From a virus (Duplodnaviria > Caudoviricetes): DNA of 45,465 bases. The stretch is taken from positions 1 to 45,465 of the IMG/VR virus record IMGVR_UViG_3300027798_000072. The stretch is one strand, 5' to 3'. The notes beneath the pieces were generated by a model. That model was not told where the DNA came from. It searched no databases and worked only from the letters and a program-made list of their open reading frames with translations. The translations under genes were made by a program, and so were the position numbers. Positions 7,785-18,119 of the stretch are shown here, piece after piece (the stretch's first letter is position 1; each line of letters opens with the position of its first letter).

Positions 7785-10700
7785 ATGGCACTAAGTTCAC
7801 CAGGCGTAGAAGTAACAATCATTGACCAAAGTCAATATTTACCAGCTGCCTCAAATTCAGTCCCCCTAATATTAATAGCAACAGCAAATAATAAAGCTGA
7901 TGCCGCTGGTACTGGTACTGCTATTGCAACAATAGCATCAAATGCTAATAAATTATATCAGGTAACAAGTCAGCGTGATTTGATTAATTTATACGGTAGT
8001 CCATTCTTCTATAAAACAACGAATGGAACAAGTATTCATGGTTACGAATTAAACGAATATGGATTATTGGCTGCGTATTCATTATTGGGTACTACCAATC
8101 GTGCTTACGTTTTACGTGCTGATATTGATTTAGGAAGTTTAGTAGGTCAGTTATCACGCCCACTTGGTCCACCGGATGATGGTACATATTGGTTAGATAC
8201 AATAAATTCATTATGGGGTATCTATGAATTTAATAGTACCTTAAATAAATTTGTCAATAAAGAACCAATGGTAATAGTTGATAGTGTTAATATTCTTGAC
8301 GACATGCCAAGAGACAGAATTGGCAACATCGGTGATTACGCAGTAATTCCAGGACAAACAATTTATGGTCAATTGTACAATAGCACTTTCTTTTATAAAA
8401 CAAAAGATAATCAGTGGGTTCCGGTTGGATCTAGAGAATGGAAAATATCAAACCCTACAGTAACTGCTACTCTAACACCACAACAATTAAATGTGGGAGA
8501 CTCATTTACCATTAACGCAGACGGAGACTATCTAATTAGTATTGTTGTTCCTTCTTCTCCAAATAACACAGTTACAGGTATTGCTAATTTGATTAATAGC
8601 AAGGGTGCATCAGATTTGTATGCTACTTCATCTGGTAATATTTTGAAGATTTATTATGGTGAATATGGAATTGAAAAATCAATTACATTGAACATTGGTG
8701 CTGGTACTGTCTTAGATGCATTAGGTATTGATGCAGGTAGATATTTTAGCCCAGAAGTAGTATTTGGTACAAGCGCCCAAATGCCATTATGGACAACTAG
8801 TCAAGATAATCCTCGTCCAACCGGATCACTTTGGATCAAAACGAGCGCGGCTGGTAATGGTATGGATTTTGCTTTGTCTAAGTATTCAGCAAGAACAGCA
8901 TCATTCAATACAGTAAACGTAGGGAAATATTCTAATGAATTACATGCTACATACGATTTAGATTCCTCTGGTGGAAAATCTATTCCTACTGATACGGTGA
9001 TTGCTTTAGTAGGCACAGGTACTCCTGAGTCAGCAGTAATGTTCTATAGAAGATTGACAACTGGACCTACAGTTGTAACTAGTTCATTAACAAATCCAAC
9101 AATAACACAAAATTCTACTTTAAAAGTTGGTGTTTCTTTACCGGGAACAAATGCATCTAGTAACGCATATATTATTTCAATGACCGGTACTACCGCATCT
9201 AGTTTTGTATTAGATTGGGCGGCTGCTCAAATCCCTTATACAACTGCAATGGTTACATCTGACGGAGCAATTCAGCTAACTCATACATTGGGTGGTGAAC
9301 TTGTAATGAATGATTTAAACGCTGCCGGTCAAAGTAATGGTTTGATTAATCAATTAGGATTTACGCATACTATTACAGTTGGTGCTAGAAGAGGTAGTTT
9401 AGACACATATGCAAATTCATCATTAAATCAAGATGCTACTAGTGGAAGTGGTACTGGTGCTATATTCAGTATCAGAAATTCTAGAGGTCATTACTATATT
9501 GATGGCGCTAACGGTGGAACAGGCTACGTAGCAGGTGATGAAATTACAATTATTGGTAGTAAGTTAGGCGGAACAACTCCAGCTAATAACTTAAAACTTA
9601 CTGTAGTTCAAGTTACTTCAGGTGGTATTACATCAGTAGCATTCAAGTCAGGAACTGCATATACACTTTATTTTACAACATTATCAAATTGGGTAGATTT
9701 AGAGTATACTGCTAACGAAGGTGCACCAAGTGCATTGCCGTTAACTGGCGCTAAGTGGTTCTATAGTACTGGTACAGAAATTGATATTATGGTCAAAAAG
9801 GGTACAACATGGGTAGGATACAAAACTACAAACTATGATAGTTTAGGAAATCCTACTAACGTGGGTACAAACGCTACTGATCCAACTGGTATAATTTTAC
9901 AAACTACAAAACCTTCACAACAGACAGACGGTACTCCATTAGTTTATGGTGATTTGTGGTTAGATGCTAGTGATTTAGAAAATTACCCTGCATTAAGTCG
10001 CTGGGAAGAAATTGACGGTGTGGATCAATGGCTAGCTATTGACAACACTGACCAAACAAGTAATAATGGTATATTATTTGCTGACGCACGTTGGGCAACT
10101 AATAATTATACTGACCCGGTAAATGATCCTATCCCAAGTATTAGCAGTCTATCACTGAGCAATTATGTTGATTTAGATTGTCCTAACCCAGCATTGTATC
10201 CACAAGGTATGATATTATTCAATACACGCCGTTCAGGATATAATGTAAAAGAGTTTAGAAGAAGTTACTTTACACAAGCTAACTATCCAGGTGCTAGCTT
10301 ACCAACTCATCCTTATACATGGGTATCAGTAAGTGGATTGAAGGAAGACGGCGCGGCATATATGGGTCGTAAGGCACAACGTAACATGGTTGTACAATCA
10401 TTGAAGGCAGCAATCGGTACTAATATGAGTATCCGTGAAGAAGATTCATTTATGAATCTAATGGCTACCCCGGGATATCCAGAACTAATGCCTGATATGG
10501 TTACATTAAACAATGACCGTAATAATACTGCATACATCGTCGGTGATACACCGTTGCGTTTAGCAGACCAAGCAACTGATATTTTAGCATGGGCTAATAA
10601 CACTATAGGTGCAACAAGTTCAGGTGAAGATGCTATGGTAACACGTGATACATATCTTGGTGTATTCTATCCAAGCGGTATTACAACAGACTTAACAGGT

Positions 10701-11303
10701 GCTTCTGTTGTAGTTCCGGCAAGTCACATGATGTTACGCACATTCTTACGTAATGATACTGTTGCTTATCCTTGGCTAGCGGCAGCCGGTGTACGTAGAG
10801 GTACAATTGACAATGCTACAAATATTGGATACTTAGATTCAATTACTGGTGAATTCAAAACTGTTAAGAATCGTATGAGTATTCGTGATGTATTGTACAC
10901 TAATCAAATCAATCCATTAGCATTCTTCACAGGCGTAGGCTTGTTGAATTATGGTAATAAGAATACATTTGATTCACAAAGTGCGTTAGACAGAACAAAC
11001 GTATCACGTTTAGTATGCTACATTCGTGAAAGACTACAGATTGCGGCTCGTCCGTTCGTATTCGAACCTAACGATTCACTAACACGTAGTCAATTGACCG
11101 GTGTAGTACAATCATTATTCATTGACCTAGTTGCAAAACGCGGTTTATATGACTATTTGGTTGTTTGTGACGAGAGTAACAATACACCCGCAAGAATTGA
11201 TAGAAACGAACTATGGGTAGACGTTGCAGTGGAGCCAGTTAAGGCTGCTGAATTCATCTATATTCCGGTACGTATTATGAATACTGGCGAGATAAATGGA
11301 TAA
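7785..11303 (+). CDS. gp18: Tail sheath protein with large insertion domains
   Basis: MALSSPGVEVTIIDQS start; C-terminal PWLAAAGVRRG, LYTNQINP, SALDRTNVSRL, FVFEPND, VVCDESNNTP, EPVKAAEFIYI. Confidence 0.95.
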   Translation: MALSSPGVEVTIIDQSQYLPAASNSVPLILIATANNKADAAGTGTAIATIASNANKLYQVTSQRDLINLYGSPFFYKTTNGTSIHGYELNEYGLLAAYSLLGTTNRAYVLRADIDLGSLVGQLSRPLGPPDDGTYWLDTINSLWGIYEFNSTLNKFVNKEPMVIVDSVNILDDMPRDRIGNIGDYAVIPGQTIYGQLYNSTFFYKTKDNQWVPVGSREWKISNPTVTATLTPQQLNVGDSFTINADGDYLISIVVPSSPNNTVTGIANLINSKGASDLYATSSGNILKIYYGEYGIEKSITLNIGAGTVLDALGIDAGRYFSPEVVFGTSAQMPLWTTSQDNPRPTGSLWIKTSAAGNGMDFALSKYSARTASFNTVNVGKYSNELHATYDLDSSGGKSIPTDTVIALVGTGTPESAVMFYRRLTTGPTVVTSSLTNPTITQNSTLKVGVSLPGTNASSNAYIISMTGTTASSFVLDWAAAQIPYTTAMVTSDGAIQLTHTLGGELVMNDLNAAGQSNGLINQLGFTHTITVGARRGSLDTYANSSLNQDATSGSGTGAIFSIRNSRGHYYIDGANGGTGYVAGDEITIIGSKLGGTTPANNLKLTVVQVTSGGITSVAFKSGTAYTLYFTTLSNWVDLEYTANEGAPSALPLTGAKWFYSTGTEIDIMVKKGTTWVGYKTTNYDSLGNPTNVGTNATDPTGIILQTTKPSQQTDGTPLVYGDLWLDASDLENYPALSRWEEIDGVDQWLAIDNTDQTSNNGILFADARWATNNYTDPVNDPIPSISSLSLSNYVDLDCPNPALYPQGMILFNTRRSGYNVKEFRRSYFTQANYPGASLPTHPYTWVSVSGLKEDGAAYMGRKAQRNMVVQSLKAAIGTNMSIREEDSFMNLMATPGYPELMPDMVTLNNDRNNTAYIVGDTPLRLADQATDILAWANNTIGATSSGEDAMVTRDTYLGVFYPSGITTDLTGASVVVPASHMMLRTFLRNDTVAYPWLAAAGVRRGTIDNATNIGYLDSITGEFKTVKNRMSIRDVLYTNQINPLAFFTGVGLLNYGNKNTFDSQSALDRTNVSRLVCYIRERLQIAARPFVFEPNDSLTRSQLTGVVQSLFIDLVAKRGLYDYLVVCDESNNTPARIDRNELWVDVAVEPVKAAEFIYIPVRIMNTGEING

Positions 11304-11307
11304 AAAT

Positions 11308-11329
11308 AAGTCCCCGGCAACGGGGATTT
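11308..11329 (+). terminator. Hairpin/terminator between sheath and tube genes
   Basis: AAGTCCCCG-GCAA-CGGGGATTT, a GNRA tetraloop followed by an AT-rich tail. Confidence 0.7.
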
Positions 11330-11335
11330 ATTATA

Positions 11336-11343
11336 GATAAATA
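11336..11343 (+). promoter_or_regulatory. Putative late promoter box GATAAATA
   Basis: Directly upstream of the AGGAG SD of the tube gene. Confidence 0.7.
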
Positions 11344-11364
11344 ATAATATAGGAGAAACACAAA

Positions 11365-12000
11365 ATGGCAACAGCCTCAAATTCACTGTTTAATATGACA
11401 GTAGGTTCAGATAACACCCCTAGTTCTCAGGGTTTGTTAATGCCTAAATTACAATATCGTTTCAGAGCATTGTTCCTAAATTTCGGTGTTGGTGGTTCTA
11501 CACAAGAATTAACAAAACAAGTAATGGACATTCAAAGACCCAACGTGTCATTTGAAGAAGTTACACTAGACATTTATAACAGCAAAGTATATCTAGCTGG
11601 TAAACATGCATGGCAAGAGACACAAATTAACTTGCGTGATGATGCGGCAGGAAACGTCAGTAAACTAGTTGGTCAACAATTACAAAAGCAATTTGACTTT
11701 GTTGAACAAGCAAGTGCGGCAACAGGACAAGATTATAAATTTCAAATTAATTATGAAATATTAGACGGTGGTAATGGTGTATTGGTTCCAAACGTTTTAG
11801 AAGCATGGGAATTGTATGGCTGCTTTATTAAATCTGCAAACTACAATAACTTAGATTATAAGAGCAATGAACCAGCAACAATTCAGTTAAGTATTCGTTT
11901 TGATAATGCAATACAAAGCCCATTGAGTTCGGGTCTTGGTGTACAAGTTGGTCGTGCATTTGGTGGCGGATCGGTAACTGGTATCGGCTCATCAAGATAA
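11365..12000 (+). CDS. gp19: Tail tube protein
   Basis: Follows the sheath gene; MPKLQYRFR, YLAGKHAWQ..INLRDD, WELYGCF and IRFDNA are tube-like motifs. Confidence 0.85.
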   Translation: MATASNSLFNMTVGSDNTPSSQGLLMPKLQYRFRALFLNFGVGGSTQELTKQVMDIQRPNVSFEEVTLDIYNSKVYLAGKHAWQETQINLRDDAAGNVSKLVGQQLQKQFDFVEQASAATGQDYKFQINYEILDGGNGVLVPNVLEAWELYGCFIKSANYNNLDYKSNEPATIQLSIRFDNAIQSPLSSGLGVQVGRAFGGGSVTGIGSSR

Positions 12001-12003
12001 TAA

Positions 12004-13200
12004 ATGGCAAACGGCTTCGTTGAAAATCTATTAACCGACGCCGTAAAGGGATTTTTCGGTAATGATTACTTGCGTGATTACACTCACGCAAGTAAAACCT
12101 TTCTACCAGACACACAAGCATATTCCCCTAGATTTAAATTTTTATTTCATGTATATTTTGATATAAATGACGGAATCAGTAGCGCAAATGTTCCAAACAT
12201 TCCAGAAGATCATAACTATGGTCTAGCAGTAAAAACAGTACAACTTCCTAAATACAGTTTTGATGTACACACTATGAATCAATACAATCGTAAACGTATT
12301 GTTCAAACTAAAATAAAATATGATCCAGTTAATATAACAATGCATGACACTAATAGTGGATTGATTACTAAGTTATGGCATGCGTATTATACATATTATT
12401 ATAAAGATGGTGTTCAGCCTGACCCATTAAATGCTCAAAAGAAAGCTAGTTTCGTAGGCGCAAGATCCCCTGCAAATAGAAACGGCGTGAATAATATTGA
12501 TATAAACAAACGCAATTTATATCAAAAAGATATATCTAATAGTGACGATTGGGGTTATGTCGGTGAACCTCAAAGTCTAACGCAAGGCGAAGAATACAAA
12601 GTTCCGTTCTTTAGAGCAATAAACATATATGGTTTTAATAATCACAATTTTACATTGTACAGACTGATAAATCCTATAATTGAAAGTTTCACACATGATA
12701 CTTACAATTATGCTGAAGGTAGTGGTGTCATGGAAAATACAATGACATTACAATATGAAACTGTACAATATTATACTGGTGCAGTAGATGGTAAGAAACC
12801 AGAAGAGATTGTTAAAGAATTTGGTTCATTAGGGCATTATGACAAAACGGTAAGTCCTATTGCTGCCGCAGGTAGTAATGGTAGTATTCTTGGTCAAGGT
12901 GGATTACTTGATGGTGCCGGTGGAGTAATGGATAAACTTGCTAGCGGTGATTATATTGGTGCTATTAAACAAACAGGACAATTAACAAAGACATTCGCAC
13001 AACCCGGTGCAATAGTTAATGCTATTAAGGGTGATGCATTTGGTGCGGCTAGTGATTATTTAAAAGGTACGCCTAATAGGAATGTCAATTTTGGCTTCCC
13101 ATCACCTAGCTCATTAATAAATAATGCACAAACCAGTCTGACACAAGGTATAGGCAAATCAACCGGATACTATCCAAAAGACTACACAGGACCAAGATAA
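12004..13200 (+). CDS. Tube-like baseplate/tail-tube initiator protein (gp48/gp54-like)
   Basis: Tube-fold pattern VKTVQLPKY..YDPVNITMHD..LINPIIESF..MTLQYE; adjacent to the tube gene. Confidence 0.55.
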   Translation: MANGFVENLLTDAVKGFFGNDYLRDYTHASKTFLPDTQAYSPRFKFLFHVYFDINDGISSANVPNIPEDHNYGLAVKTVQLPKYSFDVHTMNQYNRKRIVQTKIKYDPVNITMHDTNSGLITKLWHAYYTYYYKDGVQPDPLNAQKKASFVGARSPANRNGVNNIDINKRNLYQKDISNSDDWGYVGEPQSLTQGEEYKVPFFRAINIYGFNNHNFTLYRLINPIIESFTHDTYNYAEGSGVMENTMTLQYETVQYYTGAVDGKKPEEIVKEFGSLGHYDKTVSPIAAAGSNGSILGQGGLLDGAGGVMDKLASGDYIGAIKQTGQLTKTFAQPGAIVNAIKGDAFGAASDYLKGTPNRNVNFGFPSPSSLINNAQTSLTQGIGKSTGYYPKDYTGPR

Positions 13201-13201
13201 T

Positions 13202-13570
13202 ATGGGTAATACATTAGATGCACCAAAGTCAATATTAGACAACACTGTTAAAATATTTGATAGTTATTATAATTCTGATATAGTCATAGATGCTAACCAG
13301 TATGAGATAGTAAAGAGTTATTTTTTTGACGTTAGCAAAAGTGAAAATATTTCTAGTAATTTTGCATCAATGATTTTCAGAATATCAAATATTACCGGTG
13401 ATAATCCCTTAGACTTAATTGAGTATATGAAGGGTAATGCAAAGACTAAAATAGAAGCCAATGCTACGATGATATTTTATCTAAATGCTATAAAAAGCAA
13501 AACAGCATTGTATGGTATAAGTGTAGTACCACAACCCAATGATAACGTTCAACGTAACGTTTTAATTTAA
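13202..13570 (+). CDS. Hypothetical protein
   Basis: 122-aa ORF tightly packed in the tail operon. Confidence 0.7.
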   Translation: MGNTLDAPKSILDNTVKIFDSYYNSDIVIDANQYEIVKSYFFDVSKSENISSNFASMIFRISNITGDNPLDLIEYMKGNAKTKIEANATMIFYLNAIKSKTALYGISVVPQPNDNVQRNVLI

Positions 13571-14007
13571 TGGCTAACTATGCACAGGGTATATTCATAC
13601 CCACAAATCTCGAAAAATATATAGGTAAACATCGCCCTAAATATCGAAGTGGTTGGGAATTAACTTTCATGCAATTTTGTGATAAAAATAAAAATGTATT
13701 AAAGTGGGCAAGTGAAGCTATAACTATCCCCTATCGCCACCCGCTAACAGGTAAAATGGCTAACTATATCCCTGATTTTTTTATAGTTTATGAAAATAAA
13801 TTTGGAAAGCAACAGGCTGAGGTTGTTGAAATTAAACCTAAAAAACAAAGTTTAATTGAAAGTAAGGTAGCAAATGCCCGTGACAGGGCCGTAGTAGCAG
13901 TAAATCATGCTAAGTGGGCAAGTGCTAAAGCATATTGTGCCCACAACAAGTTTGTATTCAGAGTTATCACAGAAGAAGATTTGTTTAGAAACGGTTCACG
14001 CAAGTAA
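13570..14007 (+). CDS. gp4: Head completion nuclease (T4 gp4-like, TnsA-type PD-(D/E)xK)
   Basis: YRSGWE..FCD..WASE..IPY..YIPDF..EIKP..N.AKW..F.VITE pattern. Confidence 0.85.
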   Translation: MANYAQGIFIPTNLEKYIGKHRPKYRSGWELTFMQFCDKNKNVLKWASEAITIPYRHPLTGKMANYIPDFFIVYENKFGKQQAEVVEIKPKKQSLIESKVANARDRAVVAVNHAKWASAKAYCAHNKFVFRVITEEDLFRNGSRK

Positions 14008-14033
14008 TAAATACTACTATTATAGGATAGTAG
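14006..14033 (+). promoter_or_regulatory. Late box followed by a hairpin overlapping the ribosome-binding region
   Basis: AATAAATA at 14006-14013; CTACTATT/GATAGTAG stem at 14014-14033 ends just before ATG 14035. Confidence 0.5.
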
Positions 14034-14034
14034 A

Positions 14035-14517
14035 ATGACAAAAAAGTTAGAAGAATTATTTGAACTACCGAAAGACGAAAGTGAGGTCAACGATGATTTC
14101 ATTGAAAACGCAGAAATTCAAACATATACACAAGAAGCCTATAGTAATTTAGAAAAAATTGAGAACGCATTACCACAAGTGCGTGGACTAGAAGCCAGCG
14201 ATACTGAAATGGATGAACTAGCGGAATTAGCTAAGAACAGCTATAAAGACTTGATGGATTTGGGAATGCAAGTCGATAGTCGTTTTGCTAGTGAAATATT
14301 TAATAGTGCTGGTACAATGTTGGGTCATGCTATTACTGCTAAGACAGCTAAAATCAATAAGAAATTAAAAATGATTGATTTGCAGATGAAAAAAGCACAA
14401 TTAGACCATAAAATATCTAGTAAAACTGAAGAAATTGAAAATACCCCATTGGGCGAAGGCAATTTATTAGATAGAAATGAATTACTAAGATCCATATTGG
14501 CAAGCAAAAAAACGTAA
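14035..14517 (+). CDS. Helical protein, possible terminase small subunit
   Basis: 160-aa helical/coiled-coil protein near gp4 with a DRNELLR C-terminal motif. The function is a weak inference. Confidence 0.4.
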   Translation: MTKKLEELFELPKDESEVNDDFIENAEIQTYTQEAYSNLEKIENALPQVRGLEASDTEMDELAELAKNSYKDLMDLGMQVDSRFASEIFNSAGTMLGHAITAKTAKINKKLKMIDLQMKKAQLDHKISSKTEEIENTPLGEGNLLDRNELLRSILASKKT

Positions 14518-14521
14518 TAAA

Positions 14522-14529
14522 GATAAATA
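14522..14529 (+). promoter_or_regulatory. Putative late promoter box GATAAATA
   Basis: Upstream of the AGGA SD and ATG 14548. Confidence 0.7.
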
Positions 14530-14547
14530 TTATATAGGAATAATACA

Positions 14548-15147
14548 ATGAAAAGCCTTCGTCATTACCTAACAGAAAGTGTTAGAACTTACAATTATAC
14601 TATCAAAATCGCCGGCGATGTTGATAAAAACTTCTTTGACATGTTCACTTACAATCTAAGTAAATTTGATCCCGTCAAGATTGAAGATCCAAAGACGACT
14701 CCGATTCAAAAAGATCCATATGGATTTCCTGAATTAGAGAATCAGATGATTCATATTATTAAAGCTGAATTCAAATATCCTGCAACTGAACCAATGATTC
14801 AACAAGTTGCACAACAATTAGGATGCAATATAAACAATGTCAGAGTTACGACAACTGATTATAATGATAGCATTAATGCAGAGAATGACAGATATTCCAA
14901 TGAAGATAGAAGCGACAAACCGTTATTGACAAATCCAGAATTACTTGATGACGGTAAGCAAGCTAATAAAGATTATGCAAATCAATACTTGGACAAGGTA
15001 TTACCTAAGAGACCAAGTATTGATATTCCATATGAGGGCAAGAAAACTCCAACAGCTCCTAACAAGAGTAAAGAAGGAATGCAAACACAAAGCCCCATGA
15101 GTAAAATTAATCTTCCACCAAAACCAGCAACAGGAGCACGTAAATGA
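14548..15147 (+). CDS. Hypothetical protein, probable head-associated
   Basis: Late box upstream; N-terminus MKSLRHYLTE resembles a capsid-targeting leader. Confidence 0.6.
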   Translation: MKSLRHYLTESVRTYNYTIKIAGDVDKNFFDMFTYNLSKFDPVKIEDPKTTPIQKDPYGFPELENQMIHIIKAEFKYPATEPMIQQVAQQLGCNINNVRVTTTDYNDSINAENDRYSNEDRSDKPLLTNPELLDDGKQANKDYANQYLDKVLPKRPSIDIPYEGKKTPTAPNKSKEGMQTQSPMSKINLPPKPATGARK

Positions 15148-15365
15148 TTGACTTTAATTCTAGCCAACTAACATGGATTTTAATTGGCGCTTGTAGTATG
15201 GGCGGTACAGGGTATTTAACGATGGACAGTAAAATTGCAGAGTTAGATACTAAAGTTGAAGTAAATAGTGCAAAAATGGATGATATGAAAACAACGTTTG
15301 CTGAACTACAAAAACAACTGACTCGCATGGAAGATAAATTAGATAGAAAACAAGGATTAAAATAA
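15144..15365 (+). CDS. Small membrane-anchored coiled-coil protein
   Basis: N-terminal hydrophobic/Gly segment then heptad repeats; overlaps both neighbours. Confidence 0.65.
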   Translation: MIDFNSSQLTWILIGACSMGGTGYLTMDSKIAELDTKVEVNSAKMDDMKTTFAELQKQLTRMEDKLDRKQGLK

Positions 15366-18052
15366 TGAACTTGAGAAGCCTACTACAAACAATGTACACC
15401 ATTAGTGAGGGTGAAACAAAAGAAACTCCTACAGGTCGTGAGCATAAAGGTACTTATGGTTCCAGTCATGGCAAAGAAGATGTCCGTGACCAATATGGAC
15501 ATAAAGTTGGTAAAATAAATAAAGGTGCGGCAGATAAAAAGAATGATGCTCCTAAAAAGCGTGGACGCCCTACTAAGGCGGCTAAAGATTCTACTGGCGC
15601 AGATATCAAACATGACACCTCTGGTATCCAAGCGATGCTAGGTAAAAAGCCAAACAATGAAGTTGGTAAAAAATCTGTTAAGCATAGTTTAAAAGATTGG
15701 ATCGAAGCATCTGAACAAAAATCACTAAATGAAGATGGTCAGTATGTTACAAAGCCTATCCCACAACAAAATACACAATTACAACAAGTAATTGGTCCAG
15801 ATGGTAGACCGGCATTAAATCAACCTATTCCAACTAGCGCGGCTCTACGTGTTGCTAGTGCATTAAGTTCCGGTGATAGTTCACAGGGTATGACGGAAGA
15901 AGGTAAAGGTCTATGGGCTAATATACATGCCAAACGTGAACGTATTAAAAATGGTAGCAGTGAACGTATGCGTAAGCCGGGTAGCAAAGGAGCCCCGACT
16001 GCTAGTGCATTGAAAAAATCAGCAACAGAAGGGGAAGAAATCAGTCTGTCTAACCCTGGAAAATTTAGCAATCAAGAACATAAAGATAATCTGAATCAAC
16101 GATACGGACAACCCGACTTGAACACATCTCGTATGAATAAACAACATCAGGACTTCTACGATAAAAATCCTAGTTTCAAACAAAGTGGAAAAGAAACTGT
16201 TTCCTTAGGTGACCGTCGTCTTGCTTCAAAAGTTGAGCCAGCAGTGACTGATACAAAAGTAGGACGTATTCCAATGAGTACACCTGGTGGTAGTACAGGT
16301 CGTGGCGGCGGCACAGGACTTGGTGGTAGAAGACCAGGCGATGATAATAGATTGAATCCATTAAAGTTGGAAGCCGCAGAAAAGAAAACAATGAGTCGTG
16401 CTGCCAAAGGACATGAAAAGTACGGTAAAGAAGGTATGCAAGCATTAGCTAAAGCAGGACGTGATGGTGCTAGTGAAAAGAAATTAGATACTATCCGTAA
16501 CAAGTATGACAAGTATGACAATGAAGTATCAGAAGCAAAAGATTTACCAGGTGATCAAGATAACTTAGATGTTGCACCACCAAAAGGTAAATTAACTAGT
16601 GCTGACTTCAAAGCACTACGTACTAAAAAGAAAGTTAAAGAAAGTTTAAGTTTCAATGAAATGATGGGTGAAACCAATGATGAAATGCAAGATATGTTGG
16701 CTGAATTACAACAAGATATTGAGCATTTCAATACAACAGGACATTGCAGTGATAAACTTCAAGCATTTTTAAACATACACGGTCATGCTAAAAAGAAAAT
16801 GACTGATGAAGGTCAGCATACACAGCATTATTTAGATGCTAATAAACCAAGTATAGTAAGACAACATGCTGAAATTGCACAAGCACCAAAACAGCATACT
16901 CCGTGGAAGGCTGATCCGATCAGTGCTGCCAGTAATATGGCTACTGATGTAGCCCAATCAATGGGTAAAAAAACTAGTGGTTTCTTAAAAAGTTTAAGTC
17001 CATTTAGTATGACAGAAAGTAAAAATATGATAGATATTCAATTAGAAAATTGGGAAAAAGAATTAAATTCTTTATTAAATGAAGGCATTACTGTATCAAG
17101 CAGTACTGGTCAACAAGGTAGTCCTGATTCAGTAAGTATCAATGCTACTGATGCAGATGCACAAGAACTATTGTCTATTGTTAGACAAGCTGGTCTAGGT
17201 GTATTTGGTGGTGATAAACCACAAAGCAATTACGGTGCACCTATGCATGACAATCCATCAGGTCACGGAACAGAGCCAGAAATGTCTCCTACTGTAGTTG
17301 GTGATGATAGTGACATGCTAGCATTGATTAAAAAAATGACTGGCATTAGCATAGGTGGTGAAGAAGGTTCTATGGATGGCGGTCATGGTAGTGACTACGA
17401 AGATGAAGAAGGTTCCGAAGATACAGCACTACAACCAGCTGATAGTGATGAAGAACATGATTCAGGTGAAGAGTCTGAAGAAGGTGATGAAGAGGAAGTA
17501 GATGAAAATCTAGTACCTGTACCAAATCCTAGCGGAGCATCTAGTGCAGATGACGCTAAACGTCTAGGAGGAATGATGCCAAAACCAGCTGGATCTAATA
17601 GAGATCCTATATCCGAATTAACAGCGGAGTATCCAGGTGGTAGCACACCGCTTCCGGAAGATGAAGTTGAAGAAGGTAATGAATTCAGTGGAAATCGTGC
17701 TGATGCTATAAAAAACCACCAAGACAATTTTGAAGTTGATGGTAAAAAATACCCAGTTAAAGAAGATGAAATAGAAGAAGGTCATGACCATGAAACGTGC
17801 AACGAATGCGGGTCAGCAATGTATGAAGGTCACACATGCGGTGACGAACAAGTAGAAGAAGGATATGCTAATGAGACTGGTCATGAAGAATTAGCGCAAT
17901 TAAAAGCACTATTGGGTATGGGAAATGATATGCATAGACCTAAAAATAGTCAAGCTACAGGTAACGTTCAAAAAGTTACAATGGAAACAAAACTGATGAA
18001 ACAATCTAGTGATTTATTAGTAGATTTTAGGAAATTAAGCGGAATAAAATAA
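15365..18052 (+). CDS. Large low-complexity modular protein, probable prohead core/internal protein
   Basis: 895 aa of alternating basic and acidic blocks separated by (L/I/V/M)-x-E sites; AT-hook-like KKRGRP; HETCNEC..HTC motif. Confidence 0.6.
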   Translation: MNLRSLLQTMYTISEGETKETPTGREHKGTYGSSHGKEDVRDQYGHKVGKINKGAADKKNDAPKKRGRPTKAAKDSTGADIKHDTSGIQAMLGKKPNNEVGKKSVKHSLKDWIEASEQKSLNEDGQYVTKPIPQQNTQLQQVIGPDGRPALNQPIPTSAALRVASALSSGDSSQGMTEEGKGLWANIHAKRERIKNGSSERMRKPGSKGAPTASALKKSATEGEEISLSNPGKFSNQEHKDNLNQRYGQPDLNTSRMNKQHQDFYDKNPSFKQSGKETVSLGDRRLASKVEPAVTDTKVGRIPMSTPGGSTGRGGGTGLGGRRPGDDNRLNPLKLEAAEKKTMSRAAKGHEKYGKEGMQALAKAGRDGASEKKLDTIRNKYDKYDNEVSEAKDLPGDQDNLDVAPPKGKLTSADFKALRTKKKVKESLSFNEMMGETNDEMQDMLAELQQDIEHFNTTGHCSDKLQAFLNIHGHAKKKMTDEGQHTQHYLDANKPSIVRQHAEIAQAPKQHTPWKADPISAASNMATDVAQSMGKKTSGFLKSLSPFSMTESKNMIDIQLENWEKELNSLLNEGITVSSSTGQQGSPDSVSINATDADAQELLSIVRQAGLGVFGGDKPQSNYGAPMHDNPSGHGTEPEMSPTVVGDDSDMLALIKKMTGISIGGEEGSMDGGHGSDYEDEEGSEDTALQPADSDEEHDSGEESEEGDEEEVDENLVPVPNPSGASSADDAKRLGGMMPKPAGSNRDPISELTAEYPGGSTPLPEDEVEEGNEFSGNRADAIKNHQDNFEVDGKKYPVKEDEIEEGHDHETCNECGSAMYEGHTCGDEQVEEGYANETGHEELAQLKALLGMGNDMHRPKNSQATGNVQKVTMETKLMKQSSDLLVDFRKLSGIK

Positions 18053-18069
18053 TAAAAATCCGCATTTTT

Positions 18070-18097
18070 AATAACCCGGTTCGCCGGGTTATTTTTT
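18070..18097 (+). terminator. Rho-independent terminator
   Basis: AATAACCCGG-TTCG-CCGGGTTATT followed by a T run. Confidence 0.9.
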
Positions 18098-18119
18098 GGT
18101 TATTGCTATTTAGTTAAAT

